A stretch of 39,121 nt of DNA from Limisphaerales bacterium (GTDB taxonomy: Bacteria; Verrucomicrobiota; Verrucomicrobiia; Limisphaerales; SIBE01), in the NCBI GenBank assembly GCA_044225505.1, contig JBGAIN010000070.1:1-39121 (forward strand), in the 5' to 3' direction. Under the pieces are notes generated by a model that did not search any database, had not been told where the DNA came from, and saw nothing but the letters and a program-made list of their open reading frames with translations. Positions 8,462 through 18,257 of the stretch are shown here, piece by piece; position 1 is the first letter of the stretch, and the number at the start of each line of letters is the position of its first letter. The position numbers and the translations under genes are program-made.

Positions 8462-9248
8462 CTAATCCAGGAATCCGGTTAAGGGGCTCGTGGCGCTGGC
8501 CGTGAGGTGGCGGGGAGCCAAACCAACTTCGTAAGCACTGCGTCCGGCTTCGACCGCTTGCCGAAAAGCCATGGCCATGCGGTTGGGGTCGGTGGCTACC
8601 GCGATCGCGGTGTTCACTAACACGGCGTCTGCTCCTAGTTCCAACGCTTCGGCAGCTTGGCTAGGCGCGCCTAGTCCGGCATCGACCACCACAGGAACGG
8701 AGGCCTGTTCAATAATGATGCGGATTTGATCCCGGGTTTGCAGTCCGCCATTGGATCCGATGGGTGAACCCAGGGGCATTACCGTCGCTGTCCCGATATC
8801 CTGGAGCCGACGCGCCAGGACCGGGTCGGCATTAATGTAAGGAAGAACAACAAATCCTTCCGAGACAAGAGTCTGCGCCGCCGCGAAGGTTTCCACCGGG
8901 TCTGGCAATAGGTATCGAGGATCCGGATGGATCTCGAGCTTGACCCAATTGGGAAGCCCAGCGGCGACCGCCAAACGAGCCAAGCGTACCGCTTCGTTCG
9001 CGTTCATCGCCCCACTTGTGTTCGGCAGCAACAAGTAGCGCTTCGGATCGATGAATTCGAGATTTTCGCGAAGGGATCTTTTTTCCGGTCAAGTCGGCGC
9101 GCCTTAGGGCGACCGTGACCAACTCGGTTCCGCTTGCGGCAAAGGCGTCGCGCATCGCCTCTGGAGAGGAAAATTTCCCTGTTCCGAGGATCAAGCGCGA
9201 CCGAAATTCCCGTCCGGCTATGATGAGTGGCCTGTCTGACGCCGACAT
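8462..9248 (-). CDS. thiG: Thiazole synthase, split by two single-base frameshifts at about 9060-9085
   Basis: N-terminal [12 protein letters not shown]...VTVALRR and C-terminal [49 protein letters not shown]. The bridging KKDPFA lies in a third frame. Confidence 0.92.
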
Positions 9249-9508
9249 TTCGATGAAAGATAGGGAGGGGGCCTGATTTTACAACTGTTTTGCGATGAAT
9301 GCAGTTTTTGCAGGCGTTGCAGCAAAACAAGGCGCGTTTTCGGCAAATTTGGAGCAGCTGAAGACGGACGACTCGGCCACAACCTTTGGAACCGCTGCTC
9401 GCTCGATAACCATCGAGACACGACAAAACCAACTTGGAGATGCCGGTGCGGCCCGAGGGATGGCCGGACCCCAGACTTCCAAGGCGGCGCGGACGGTTTG
9501 GCCAATGG

Positions 9509-12500
9509 ATGAACACTCGAGCGACACGGATACTGATCGTCGATGAGGATGAAGCGACTGCAGAGTTGATTCGCCAGGCCTTGGCGACTTCACCATCGGC
9601 CGTGGCTCAACCGCGGCGAGTGTCGACTTTGGCGGAGTATGTCGAAACCGTTGCTGCCGAGACACCGGATCTCGTGTTTCTCGATTCCCATCTGCCGAAG
9701 GCCTTGATAGACGCCGTGTTGAGTGTACCGCCGGAGAACGGTGCCTTTCCCGTGGTGGCGATGGCGAATCGGGGCGACGAGAAGGCAGCTGTGGCTGCCA
9801 TTCAAAATGGGGCGATGGAATTCCTGGTGAAGTCTCCATGCGGCTTCGCGGATTTGCCGGGAACGGTTGACCGGGTTGAGCGGGCGTGGCGTCTCTTACG
9901 CGAACGTCAAAAAGCCAGGAAAGACCTGGAGGAGAGTGAAGCGAGGTTTCGCACGCTGTTCCAGAGCGCAGCGACTGCGATTCTGGTGCATGACGCAACG
10001 ACGGGCGAGATCGTGCAGGCCAATCAGAGAGCCATTGAAGCGTATGGATTTAAAACGCTGGGAGAACTTCAGAGAACGGACTTATGGATGGAGCCTCCGT
10101 ATTCCGGCGCGGAGGCAATAGGCTGGATCCACAAAGCGGCTCGGGAGGGTGAGCAACGATTTGAGTGGAAAAACCGGGACCGTCACGGGCGCGTGTTTTG
10201 GGAAGACGTGGTCCTGGATAGAGTGACGCTCGGCGGGGTGAAATGCGTGATGGCGGTTTCCAACGATATCACCGCTCGCAAACTGGCGGAAGAAGCGAAC
10301 AACCAGCAGGCCGGACTAATCAACTCCCTGTTGGATTGCATCCCCGATCTGATTTTCTACAAGGATCTGCGCGGTGTCTATTTGGGGTGTAATCCGGCGT
10401 TTGCGGCATTTGCAGGACAGACTCGAAACGAAATTATCGGCAAGACCGATCGGGACCTGTTTAGCTCGGAAATCGCAACCGCTTTTTGCGAGCGCGATCG
10501 ACACGTCTTGGAACTGTTAAAACCGCTCCACAACGAAGAGTGGGTGGAGTATGCGGGCGGCCGGAAAGCACTGTTGGAAACGTTGAAAACGCCATATCGA
10601 GGCCCGGATGGAGCGTTGCTCGGCGTTCTTGGCATCAGCCGCGATATCACCGAGCGAAAGCGAGGGGAAGACGCCTTGCGTGCGAGCGAAGACCGGTTTC
10701 GCGCGTATGTCGATCAGGCGTCCGATCCGTTGTTCGTGCATGACTTCGCCGGTCGTTTCGTGGCCGTCAATCCGCAAGCTTGTGCAATTCTGGGGTATAC
10801 GAAAGAGGAGATGCTCCAGTTGAACGTCATTGATATCGAGACCAGTCTGACACTGGTTCAAGCCCAAGCGCTCTGGTCGGAGATCAAACCAAACGTTCCT
10901 TTTACGTCGGGCGGGTGGCATCGGCGCAAGGACGGCACGAAGTTCCCGGTGGAGATTCGGTTTGGTTGCTTTGACCACGATGGGAAACGACACTATTTGG
11001 CGATGGCGCGGGATATGTCCGAGCGTCACCGTGCGCAGGAGGCCTTGCGGGAAAGCGAGCGTTTGCTGCGGTCGGTCATCGACTTAGTTCCTCATTTCAT
11101 CTTCGCCAAGGACGAACGAGGCTATTACCTCTTTGCCAATCAGGCCTGCGCGTCGGCCAACGGTTTTACTCCCGACCAGATGATCGGCCGCGACGATCTC
11201 GATCTCGTGCCAAATCACGAAGAGGCCGAGGCCTATCGGAGCGATGATCTCGAAGTGATCGAAAGCGGGCGCGCCAAAAAGATCCCCGAAGAGCGGTTTA
11301 CCGACAGTACCGGCCGGGTACGCATCCTGCAAACAACCAAGATTCCGTTCGCGATGGCTGACGGCAGTCGAGCCATCATGGGAGTTTCCGTCGACATCAC
11401 GGAATTGAAGCAAACAGAGTCCGCCTTGCGGTATCATCGGGAACTCCTCCAGGAGACGGGACATATCGCGAAAGTTGGAGGCTGGGAGTTTGATCCGGTA
11501 ACTGGAGCGGGCTCATGGACGGATGAGGTGGCTCGGATTCACGATCTTGAACCCGGATCTGAGACCACCGTGGAAAAAGGACTCGGATTTTATGACGACG
11601 AGTCGCGCCCTCGGATTGTAGCGGCCGTCCGGGCCGCCGTTGAACAAGGACAACCGTACGACCTGGAACTTGGGATTATCTCCGCGAAGGGCGTGTCAAA
11701 ATGGGTTCGGACGATCGGACGGCCGATTCTCAAGGACGACCGGGTCGTCCGGGTGATGGGATCATTCCAGGACATTACTGAGCGTCGGCACCTGGAGGCT
11801 CAAGTGCGCGAGTCCCAGAAGCTCGAGGCGGTGGGGCAACTGGCCGGCGGTGTCGCGCATAATTTTAACAATATTCTCGCGGCCGTGATGCTGCAATTGG
11901 GACTGGTCCTGAGGAATCCGGAACTTGACCAAGCGACTCGAGAGGCACTTCAGGAAGTCACCGAAGAAGTCGATCGCGCAGCCAAGCTTACCCGTCAATT
12001 GCTTATGTTTAGTCGGCGCTCCGTGCTGGCGGTGAGGCCGCTCGACTTGAACGACGTTATGGGGAGCCTGTTGAAAATGCTGCGGCGCTTGATCGGCGAG
12101 GATATCCAATTGCGTTTTGAGGCGCAGTTGGGGCTCCCGCTGGTTCAAGCCGATGCCAGCATGATGGAGCAAGTCCTCATGAACTTCGTGGTGAACTCCC
12201 GCGACGCCATGCCGAACGGCGGTCAAATCACGATCGGTATTCGCGCCGTCACCTTAGGGCCGGACGACACTCAAAAGAATGCCAACCGACGTCTGGGGCG
12301 TTTCGTCTGCCTCACGGTGGCGGACACTGGCTGCGGTATGGATTCTGCCACCGCCAAGCGTGTTTTTGAACCTTTCTTCACCACGAAAGCGCCAGGCAAA
12401 GGGACTGGGCTGGGGTTGGCGACGGTTTACGGAATCGTGGCGCAGCATCAGGGCTGGCTGGAGGTTGATAGCGCCACGGGACTGGGAACAACGTTCCGCG

Positions 12501-12949
12501 TTTACCTCCCGGCTCTGGACGAGGTTTCTGAACAACTTGTGGCTGACCCACCGTTGTCTGAGACTCCGCGCGGCCACGAATCGATTCTCCTGGTCGAAGA
12601 TGAAGTGAAAGTGCGCCAGGTTGTCGCCCAGACGTTTCGCATGCTGGGATACCGCGTCATCGAGGCGGCCAACGGCCAGGAGGCGGTGAAATCTTGGCAG
12701 CTCGCCGGGCCCGAGATTGATCTTCTCTTCACCGACATGGTAATGCCCGAAGGCATGACTGGGCTGGAGTTGGCGGAGCGGCTTCGTGCTTTCAAGCCCA
12801 GTCTGAAAGCCATCATCTCCAGCGGCTATAGCTCCGAAATTGCAGAAACGAAGGTTCTGGCACATGCCGGCCTCGTCTATTTGCCGAAACCCTACGATAT
12901 TCGCGCCCTGGCTAAGGTCGTCCGACGATGCCTGGACGGGATGGAATGA
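9509..12949 (+). CDS. Cytoplasmic hybrid sensor kinase: REC - several PAS/PAC - HisKA - HATPase - REC
   Basis: N-terminal receiver ([13 protein letters not shown]); about five PAS domains ending [65 protein letters not shown]-terminal receiver (ILLVEDE, TDMVMP, KP). Start placed at ATG 9509; the ORF is open from 9434. Confidence 0.93.
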   Translation: MNTRATRILIVDEDEATAELIRQALATSPSAVAQPRRVSTLAEYVETVAAETPDLVFLDSHLPKALIDAVLSVPPENGAFPVVAMANRGDEKAAVAAIQNGAMEFLVKSPCGFADLPGTVDRVERAWRLLRERQKARKDLEESEARFRTLFQSAATAILVHDATTGEIVQANQRAIEAYGFKTLGELQRTDLWMEPPYSGAEAIGWIHKAAREGEQRFEWKNRDRHGRVFWEDVVLDRVTLGGVKCVMAVSNDITARKLAEEANNQQAGLINSLLDCIPDLIFYKDLRGVYLGCNPAFAAFAGQTRNEIIGKTDRDLFSSEIATAFCERDRHVLELLKPLHNEEWVEYAGGRKALLETLKTPYRGPDGALLGVLGISRDITERKRGEDALRASEDRFRAYVDQASDPLFVHDFAGRFVAVNPQACAILGYTKEEMLQLNVIDIETSLTLVQAQALWSEIKPNVPFTSGGWHRRKDGTKFPVEIRFGCFDHDGKRHYLAMARDMSERHRAQEALRESERLLRSVIDLVPHFIFAKDERGYYLFANQACASANGFTPDQMIGRDDLDLVPNHEEAEAYRSDDLEVIESGRAKKIPEERFTDSTGRVRILQTTKIPFAMADGSRAIMGVSVDITELKQTESALRYHRELLQETGHIAKVGGWEFDPVTGAGSWTDEVARIHDLEPGSETTVEKGLGFYDDESRPRIVAAVRAAVEQGQPYDLELGIISAKGVSKWVRTIGRPILKDDRVVRVMGSFQDITERRHLEAQVRESQKLEAVGQLAGGVAHNFNNILAAVMLQLGLVLRNPELDQATREALQEVTEEVDRAAKLTRQLLMFSRRSVLAVRPLDLNDVMGSLLKMLRRLIGEDIQLRFEAQLGLPLVQADASMMEQVLMNFVVNSRDAMPNGGQITIGIRAVTLGPDDTQKNANRRLGRFVCLTVADTGCGMDSATAKRVFEPFFTTKAPGKGTGLGLATVYGIVAQHQGWLEVDSATGLGTTFRVYLPALDEVSEQLVADPPLSETPRGHESILLVEDEVKVRQVVAQTFRMLGYRVIEAANGQEAVKSWQLAGPEIDLLFTDMVMPEGMTGLELAERLRAFKPSLKAIISSGYSSEIAETKVLAHAGLVYLPKPYDIRALAKVVRRCLDGME

Positions 12950-12982
12950 GGCAGAAGCGGGAGGCACAGCTCGTTACCGCAA

Positions 12983-13924
12983 TCAGTCTCGGTACTTTTT
13001 ATGGCAAGCGGCGCAGGTCTGCGTGGTCTGCTGCAGCGCGGCATCCAGGGTGGAGGAGTTTCCCGATTGAACGAGCAAGTCTCGCAACCGGGAGACCGCT
13101 TGTTCCGAAGCCTGTGACAACTCTTGAAAACTCTCTGCGTTTCTGTTCGGAGGATGCAGTCGCCGCAGTTCCCGAAACTGTTCCAAGAGCAAGGTCGCCT
13201 CGACTTTGGGAACGATGTCCGGGTGTTCGGGTGGGGAGGTCCACCCGTTCTGCTGAATTCGCTTCAAAGCGCTATAGTGCGAGTCGATCGCCACCATAGC
13301 GTCGACTAGCGATGAGGTGTCCGCACGTTCCGGCAGCGTCCTCACCGCGACCAGCTCCACTTGGGACGGGGCTTTGAAATCGACCGCGGCGCGATAGAGA
13401 CCAGGATAATTGCTGGACGTTCCCGCTTGTTGCATCCAAGCCACCGCTTGCGATGTGGACCAGTGTTGGCTACTCTCACAGAGGATCGCCACAGCGGCCG
13501 GTCCTCGGTGCATCCCGTGATGGCAATGCACATAATAAGGGCCCGGTCGAAGCGCGGGTACTCTCGCCAGTTGCGCAACCCGTTGAGTTGATATGCCGTC
13601 GTAGCCCACAGGCAAATGAACGTACTCGAGCCCGTGCTTTCGCGCTGACTCGATGTCCGGCTTGCTGCCATCCACGCTGATGATGGTTTTTATCCCGAGC
13701 GCCGCCAGAGCGACATAAGCAGCCTCCGTCTCCGGTTGCGATCCGGAATAAATTCCATCCGCGACGGCAAATGTATTGTGAAGCCCAGGGAGCCGGATCG
13801 AGCGGGCAGCGGCCGGGGCCTCTTTGGAGACTCGCGTCTCGGCGGCTTGTCCCGTGGCCCATCCCGCGTACGGCCCGAGGAGGACGACTAATACCCAACC
13901 CAGAGGCTTCAGTGTTTGCATCAT
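12983..13924 (-). CDS. Secreted CX5R phosphatase/sulfurtransferase-like domain fused to a C-terminal cytochrome c'-like heme domain
   Basis: Signal peptide; IYSGSQP, GIKTIISVD, YVHLP, VHCHHGMHRG (CX5R, 13505-13525); helical C-terminal half ending CAACHKKYRD (13001-13015). Confidence 0.75.
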   Translation of the reverse strand: MMQTLKPLGWVLVVLLGPYAGWATGQAAETRVSKEAPAAARSIRLPGLHNTFAVADGIYSGSQPETEAAYVALAALGIKTIISVDGSKPDIESARKHGLEYVHLPVGYDGISTQRVAQLARVPALRPGPYYVHCHHGMHRGPAAVAILCESSQHWSTSQAVAWMQQAGTSSNYPGLYRAAVDFKAPSQVELVAVRTLPERADTSSLVDAMVAIDSHYSALKRIQQNGWTSPPEHPDIVPKVEATLLLEQFRELRRLHPPNRNAESFQELSQASEQAVSRLRDLLVQSGNSSTLDAALQQTTQTCAACHKKYRD

Positions 13925-14026
13925 CGATTTATGAAACTCCGCGATTCCACTTTACTCGACAAGCCTCAATCCTGGGGCTCACGCGGATTCTTGAGACGGC
14001 GCGGGCCCGCGAGGGGCGATGCGTGC

Positions 14027-16540
14027 TCAACCGTTTGGGTGGTCGCTTTCGATGCGCGTCGGGGCGCTTAGGGTACGGAGCTCGACTTTTACCTTTACCC
14101 CTGGGGCGCTTCCGGCGGTGAGGCTTAGGCGATGAGGGCCGCAGTTCACTTCCAGGGCAGAAGGTTGCACCGCGAGTCGGCGCAGTTCTTTGCCGGCGAC
14201 ATCGCAAAGCAATGCTTCAGGCCCACCGGTGTACCTGAGGACTGTTTTTGGAGGTAATGCCTGACTTTCGAGGGTCAGGGCGGGGGTCCCGTCAACTTCC
14301 AAGTGTATTGACGATATGGAATTCGTCGATTCACAACGAATGATCCACTGTAAAGTTTGCTGGACGTTGGGATTCTCAAATGCGTATTCCGTTCTTTCCG
14401 AGTTGCCTGATTCGTAAGTGAAGTGGCGGGTTGTAACCTCGAAGAGGTTCCAGGCGTGTTGGCCAATGGCTGAGAGGTGGAATTCTCGGGTGTTGTCGCG
14501 CAGCGCGGCTCGAATCGACGGCGAAAAAGCGCCGGCCACGCGAGCTGTTTCCCAATGGTGAATGGCTTGCAGAATGGCGGGAGTGGCTCCAAATCGCTGT
14601 AGAGTGTCGGCCGATGAAGGGTCCGCCGCGAGTTGCGCAGTGCTAGCCAAACTGGTGGCCAAGCCAAAACCGGCGTGGTAACCCGCCGCCCGCGCCAGCA
14701 TCCATTCGATGTCTTCCAGTGTTGTTTCCGGCCGAAGCGCGAACCAGCCGAGCATCCGCGGCATCAAATTACGCTCGAAATAGACTTGGTTCTTGAATCG
14801 GTAGAGCGTTTGGCTTTCGCGAAACCCCGCATACCAAGGTTCGCCCCAATTCATTCGGGTATTGATATGCCAATTGAAATGTCCGGGATTACTGGCGTCA
14901 TTGATCACTTTCCCATGTAACTCTGGAGCCAGGGCATCATACCACGCCTTGACGAAGAGAGTGCGGCCATATTGGCCTAGGCCCGTAGACCAGTTGCCTT
15001 CGAGGCCATCAAACGAAATTTGCAGGGCGCCAGTATCATTGAAAAGCGCCGCGAGATTGCGCGCTATCTCCTGGGCTAGGTCGCCATCCGTGAGGAAAAC
15101 CCCATAGTCATGGTCGAGCAGCTTGGCCACCGGTTGACCACGATCGTGCGAAGCAGCCTGGGTACCCCATGCGCCTCGTTCGCAACCGAGCAATCGCTTT
15201 TCGCCCTCGTTAGAGACGGAAGCATAGCGAATGAGTTCGTCCCCAATCCGGGCCGTATTGAGCGCACTCTTCTTAAGGAATAGTTCCAAGTCAGCCACAG
15301 GGATATTCGTTTGCGTTGCGTCCACCGTCGCGGACAGAGTGCTCGACCCGACTTGAGCCAGGCGCGCGTCTGGCTTGGGCGTGACATAAGGATCATTTGG
15401 GGTGATGAAATTAGAAAGCGTGTGAACACCGATGTGAATACCGGCCCGCTCCGCTTGATCGCGACAGGCGCGCAGACTGCTCCATCCGTTCGGGAAGGCA
15501 TTCGGCTTGAGTTGGAAGTGCCCCCAAGTCGCAAACGGCGAACTATGATAAACGTACTTCAGCCCGGCACGCTGCGCCATCTCGATTGCCCGCTGCATGG
15601 TGCCCTCACCAAAATCCACAATTAGGTAAGAAGCGGTGCTTTCTGGAGATATCTTTGCCCAAACGCCGCCAAGGATCGGGTGGGGGAGCCCTTCCAATTC
15701 CTCAATGCGCCCAATCGTCTCGAGCGCTTTGGAGGCGGGGCACCCAAAAAGCGCGATGCTACTGCCTTGCACCCCTCCATCGGGAAATGCCGGAGCGAAG
15801 AAGCGCTCGTGACCCCAATTTGACATCACCCGACTGCGCTCGCGATTGCGCGTATAAGCCCTTAATTCGCTCCCGAAAGAGCGCTCCCATGCGGTATCCC
15901 CGCGATAACTCTGATCCTTGTTCAACTCGGGTGGCAGGTCGGCGTACACCCCGTGATCATCGGTTTCGCGGCCCGATTCAATGTCGCTCTCCTGGCTGGG
16001 GTATCCTCCCATTGTCTTTGGGTTGAGGCTCTGTAGCCCGATTGCAAAGTCTCCATCGCGAACAACCCCGACAGTCTCTCCGATTGTCGCCCGAATAGTT
16101 GTGGGGTAGGGACCCCAAAGCGCCACTTCGACCGAGATTTGAGAGACCACTTCCACGACGGAGAGAACGATGTGAGTGGGCTTGGCTGTCACCGCGAGGA
16201 CAGCCTGGGCAGGACTGCCGGTGAAGCGCAGATGAAGGCGCTGCCCGGTTGCGTCCCACGTGGCCGACTCCGGTGTCTGCCATCGTCCTTCCGACCGGAT
16301 GCTCAGGACGGGAGCAGGTTCGCCCCGGGCGAGGTAGTTGCGGCCGGTTCGTAGCTGGGTAATGGCAGTGATCGACCCTGCAGTGTCGATTTGAAATAGG
16401 GCATGTTCCGTCGACCACGCGACCAACGGCTCGGGACGGGCAGGGGCACCGGCGCGCACCGCGTGGATTTGCCAAACGACGAGCGCAAGCAAGAGCACAG
16501 CCCGATGCACAAATGACCGACGAGAACAATACGTCTTCAT
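14027..16540 (-). CDS. Large exported hypothetical protein, possibly a glycoside-hydrolase-like TIM barrel
   Basis: 837-aa ORF; SRRSFV twin-arginine-like signal; GIHIGVH and ISFDGLEG are reminiscent of clan GH-D barrels. The function call is weak. Confidence 0.6.
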   Translation of the reverse strand: MKTYCSRRSFVHRAVLLLALVVWQIHAVRAGAPARPEPLVAWSTEHALFQIDTAGSITAITQLRTGRNYLARGEPAPVLSIRSEGRWQTPESATWDATGQRLHLRFTGSPAQAVLAVTAKPTHIVLSVVEVVSQISVEVALWGPYPTTIRATIGETVGVVRDGDFAIGLQSLNPKTMGGYPSQESDIESGRETDDHGVYADLPPELNKDQSYRGDTAWERSFGSELRAYTRNRERSRVMSNWGHERFFAPAFPDGGVQGSSIALFGCPASKALETIGRIEELEGLPHPILGGVWAKISPESTASYLIVDFGEGTMQRAIEMAQRAGLKYVYHSSPFATWGHFQLKPNAFPNGWSSLRACRDQAERAGIHIGVHTLSNFITPNDPYVTPKPDARLAQVGSSTLSATVDATQTNIPVADLELFLKKSALNTARIGDELIRYASVSNEGEKRLLGCERGAWGTQAASHDRGQPVAKLLDHDYGVFLTDGDLAQEIARNLAALFNDTGALQISFDGLEGNWSTGLGQYGRTLFVKAWYDALAPELHGKVINDASNPGHFNWHINTRMNWGEPWYAGFRESQTLYRFKNQVYFERNLMPRMLGWFALRPETTLEDIEWMLARAAGYHAGFGLATSLASTAQLAADPSSADTLQRFGATPAILQAIHHWETARVAGAFSPSIRAALRDNTREFHLSAIGQHAWNLFEVTTRHFTYESGNSERTEYAFENPNVQQTLQWIIRCESTNSISSIHLEVDGTPALTLESQALPPKTVLRYTGGPEALLCDVAGKELRRLAVQPSALEVNCGPHRLSLTAGSAPGVKVKVELRTLSAPTRIESDHPNG

Positions 16541-16849
16541 GAGAGTTGACAGAAATCGCGACGACGAAACGTTGATGAGACGTTACCAAGCGGACTTCTG
16601 GAAGCCAAGGCCGGTGCAACCCCGTTTAAAACCCGCGGGGTTGTGTCCGCTGGATCAGCAGCGGTACTAACGATCCAAGCTTGAGTGATGAATGTGCGAG
16701 TCCAACAGCTCTGTGACGTGGCCACGACCTGGCTGGGACGCACGTCATAAGGGACTTGCTGAAATGGAGGCCGGAACGTTGCCTGGGGAAGAATGGGGCG
16801 CCGATTGGGACGCAGGACCTTGGCTGGATTCTGGAGATTCTGAACGAAA

Positions 16850-16901
16850 TTTAATCGCCGGTTAAGGGGACGTTAATGTGAGCATGGTTCACTCGTATAG
16901 A
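16850..16901 (+). promoter_or_regulatory. Putative OmpR-family binding site (three direct repeats) plus a -10-like element
   Basis: TTTAAT (16850), GTTAAG (16861), GTTAAT (16872) at 11-bp period, then TATAGA at 16896-16901, upstream of the lipoprotein/two-component/RND operon. Confidence 0.55.
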
Positions 16902-17027
16902 ACGAACGCGAGTCGGCCAACCCCAATCCGAAGCGCCGCTCCTATCCACGATACGCGGATTGTGCGGATTAAGGGGCTGGAAATGGCGCCGGACCGACGG
17001 TGAACCTGCTCGTGGAGTTCTTAGAAT

Positions 17028-17558
17028 ATGAGACTCTCGTTGGCAAAACTGCGGATTCCAGTGTTAATTGCGGCGGTAGGATTGACCGGTTGTGCGGCCG
17101 GCCAGCCTCGCGTCATTTCAGAAACGATTGGCCCGGCGCAGGCCCCGGCTGTCAACCGAACGGACCGTGGCTCACTATTGGTCTATTCTGATTGGGATAA
17201 GTACGACACACTAGACGCCGACCACCAGAAGCATACTGCTTACCGAATTTCGCCCGAACAAGGTGGGCAAACAATCCTTGTTCGAAATCGAAAAGGGAGT
17301 TTCGGGGAAAGCCCAGAAGCGGTGGAATTGGCTCCGGGAAAGTATGTGATCGAAGCGCAAGCGAACCAACTTGGGACGGTGCGGGTGCCGGTGAGGGTCC
17401 GGACCGGGGAGACGACGGTGGTCTACCTGGACGGCGTGACAGCGCCTCCCGCCGTGGAGCGGACGCAGACGGAGAAGTGGGTCCGTCATCCGAGCGGAGG
17501 GATTCTGGGATGGCGTGACTCGGAGAGTACCGGCCACGTTGCTGTCCAGACTAAATAA
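17028..17558 (+). CDS. Lipoprotein of unknown function (beta-rich, PEGA/prealbumin-like fold suspected)
   Basis: Lipobox VGLTG-C after a hydrophobic stretch; VELAPGKYVIEA...VPVRVRTGETTVVYLD. Confidence 0.75.
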   Translation: MRLSLAKLRIPVLIAAVGLTGCAAGQPRVISETIGPAQAPAVNRTDRGSLLVYSDWDKYDTLDADHQKHTAYRISPEQGGQTILVRNRKGSFGESPEAVELAPGKYVIEAQANQLGTVRVPVRVRTGETTVVYLDGVTAPPAVERTQTEKWVRHPSGGILGWRDSESTGHVAVQTK

Positions 17559-17576
17559 TCGGTTAAGTCATATTCT

Positions 17577-18257
17577 ATGCGATTGCTGGTCGTTGAGGAT
17601 GAAAAGAAACTGGCGGACTTTGTCGCTCGGGGGCTGAGAGCTGAGAACCTTGCGGTCGACGTAGCCTATGACGGAGAGGCAGCGTGGGATATGGTTCGAG
17701 TTTATCCGTATGACCTTCTCATTCTCGATCTCATGCTTCCTCGGTTGGATGGCACAGAGATTTTGCAGCGGGTTCGCCGCGTGAATTCGTGTGTTCCCGT
17801 TCTCGTTCTGACAGCCCGGGACGGCATGGGCGATAAAGTGCGGAATTTTGATGCGGGGGCTGACGATTACTTGACCAAACCATTTGAGTTCACAGAACTC
17901 GTGCTGAGGGTCAAGGCGCTGCTACGGCGTGGTCCGGTGAACCGTTCGAGCACCCTCCGGGTGAGTGATCTGGAATTGAACCGGTTGACGCAGCAGGTCA
18001 AGCGAGGCGGGAAACGCGTCGAATTGACGGCCAAGGAGTACGCGTTACTGGAGTATTTGATGCTGAACCCAGGGCGGGTCTTTTCCCGCACGATGATTGT
18101 CGAGCACGTCTGGGATGAAAGTTTTGAAGGAGCCACAAACATTGTTGATGTTTATGTGAGGCACCTCCGAGCCAAAGTGGACGACCCATATCCCCGTAAG
18201 CTCATCCGCACGGTTCGCGGAGCGGGTTACAGCTTGAGTGACGCCGCGGAGCCATGA
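17577..18257 (+). CDS. OmpR-family response regulator (CusR/CzcR-like)
   Basis: MRLLVVEDE, ILDLMLP, LTAR, GADDYLTKPF, LTAKEY, NIVDVYVRHLRAK, IRTVRGAGY. Confidence 0.95.
   Translation: MRLLVVEDEKKLADFVARGLRAENLAVDVAYDGEAAWDMVRVYPYDLLILDLMLPRLDGTEILQRVRRVNSCVPVLVLTARDGMGDKVRNFDAGADDYLTKPFEFTELVLRVKALLRRGPVNRSSTLRVSDLELNRLTQQVKRGGKRVELTAKEYALLEYLMLNPGRVFSRTMIVEHVWDESFEGATNIVDVYVRHLRAKVDDPYPRKLIRTVRGAGYSLSDAAEP

Noticed and set aside
9295..9546. 83-aa ORF upstream of the hybrid kinase, and the 9434 start extension
   Set aside because: No family features; it overlaps the kinase start, and receiver-domain similarity begins only after ATG 9509.
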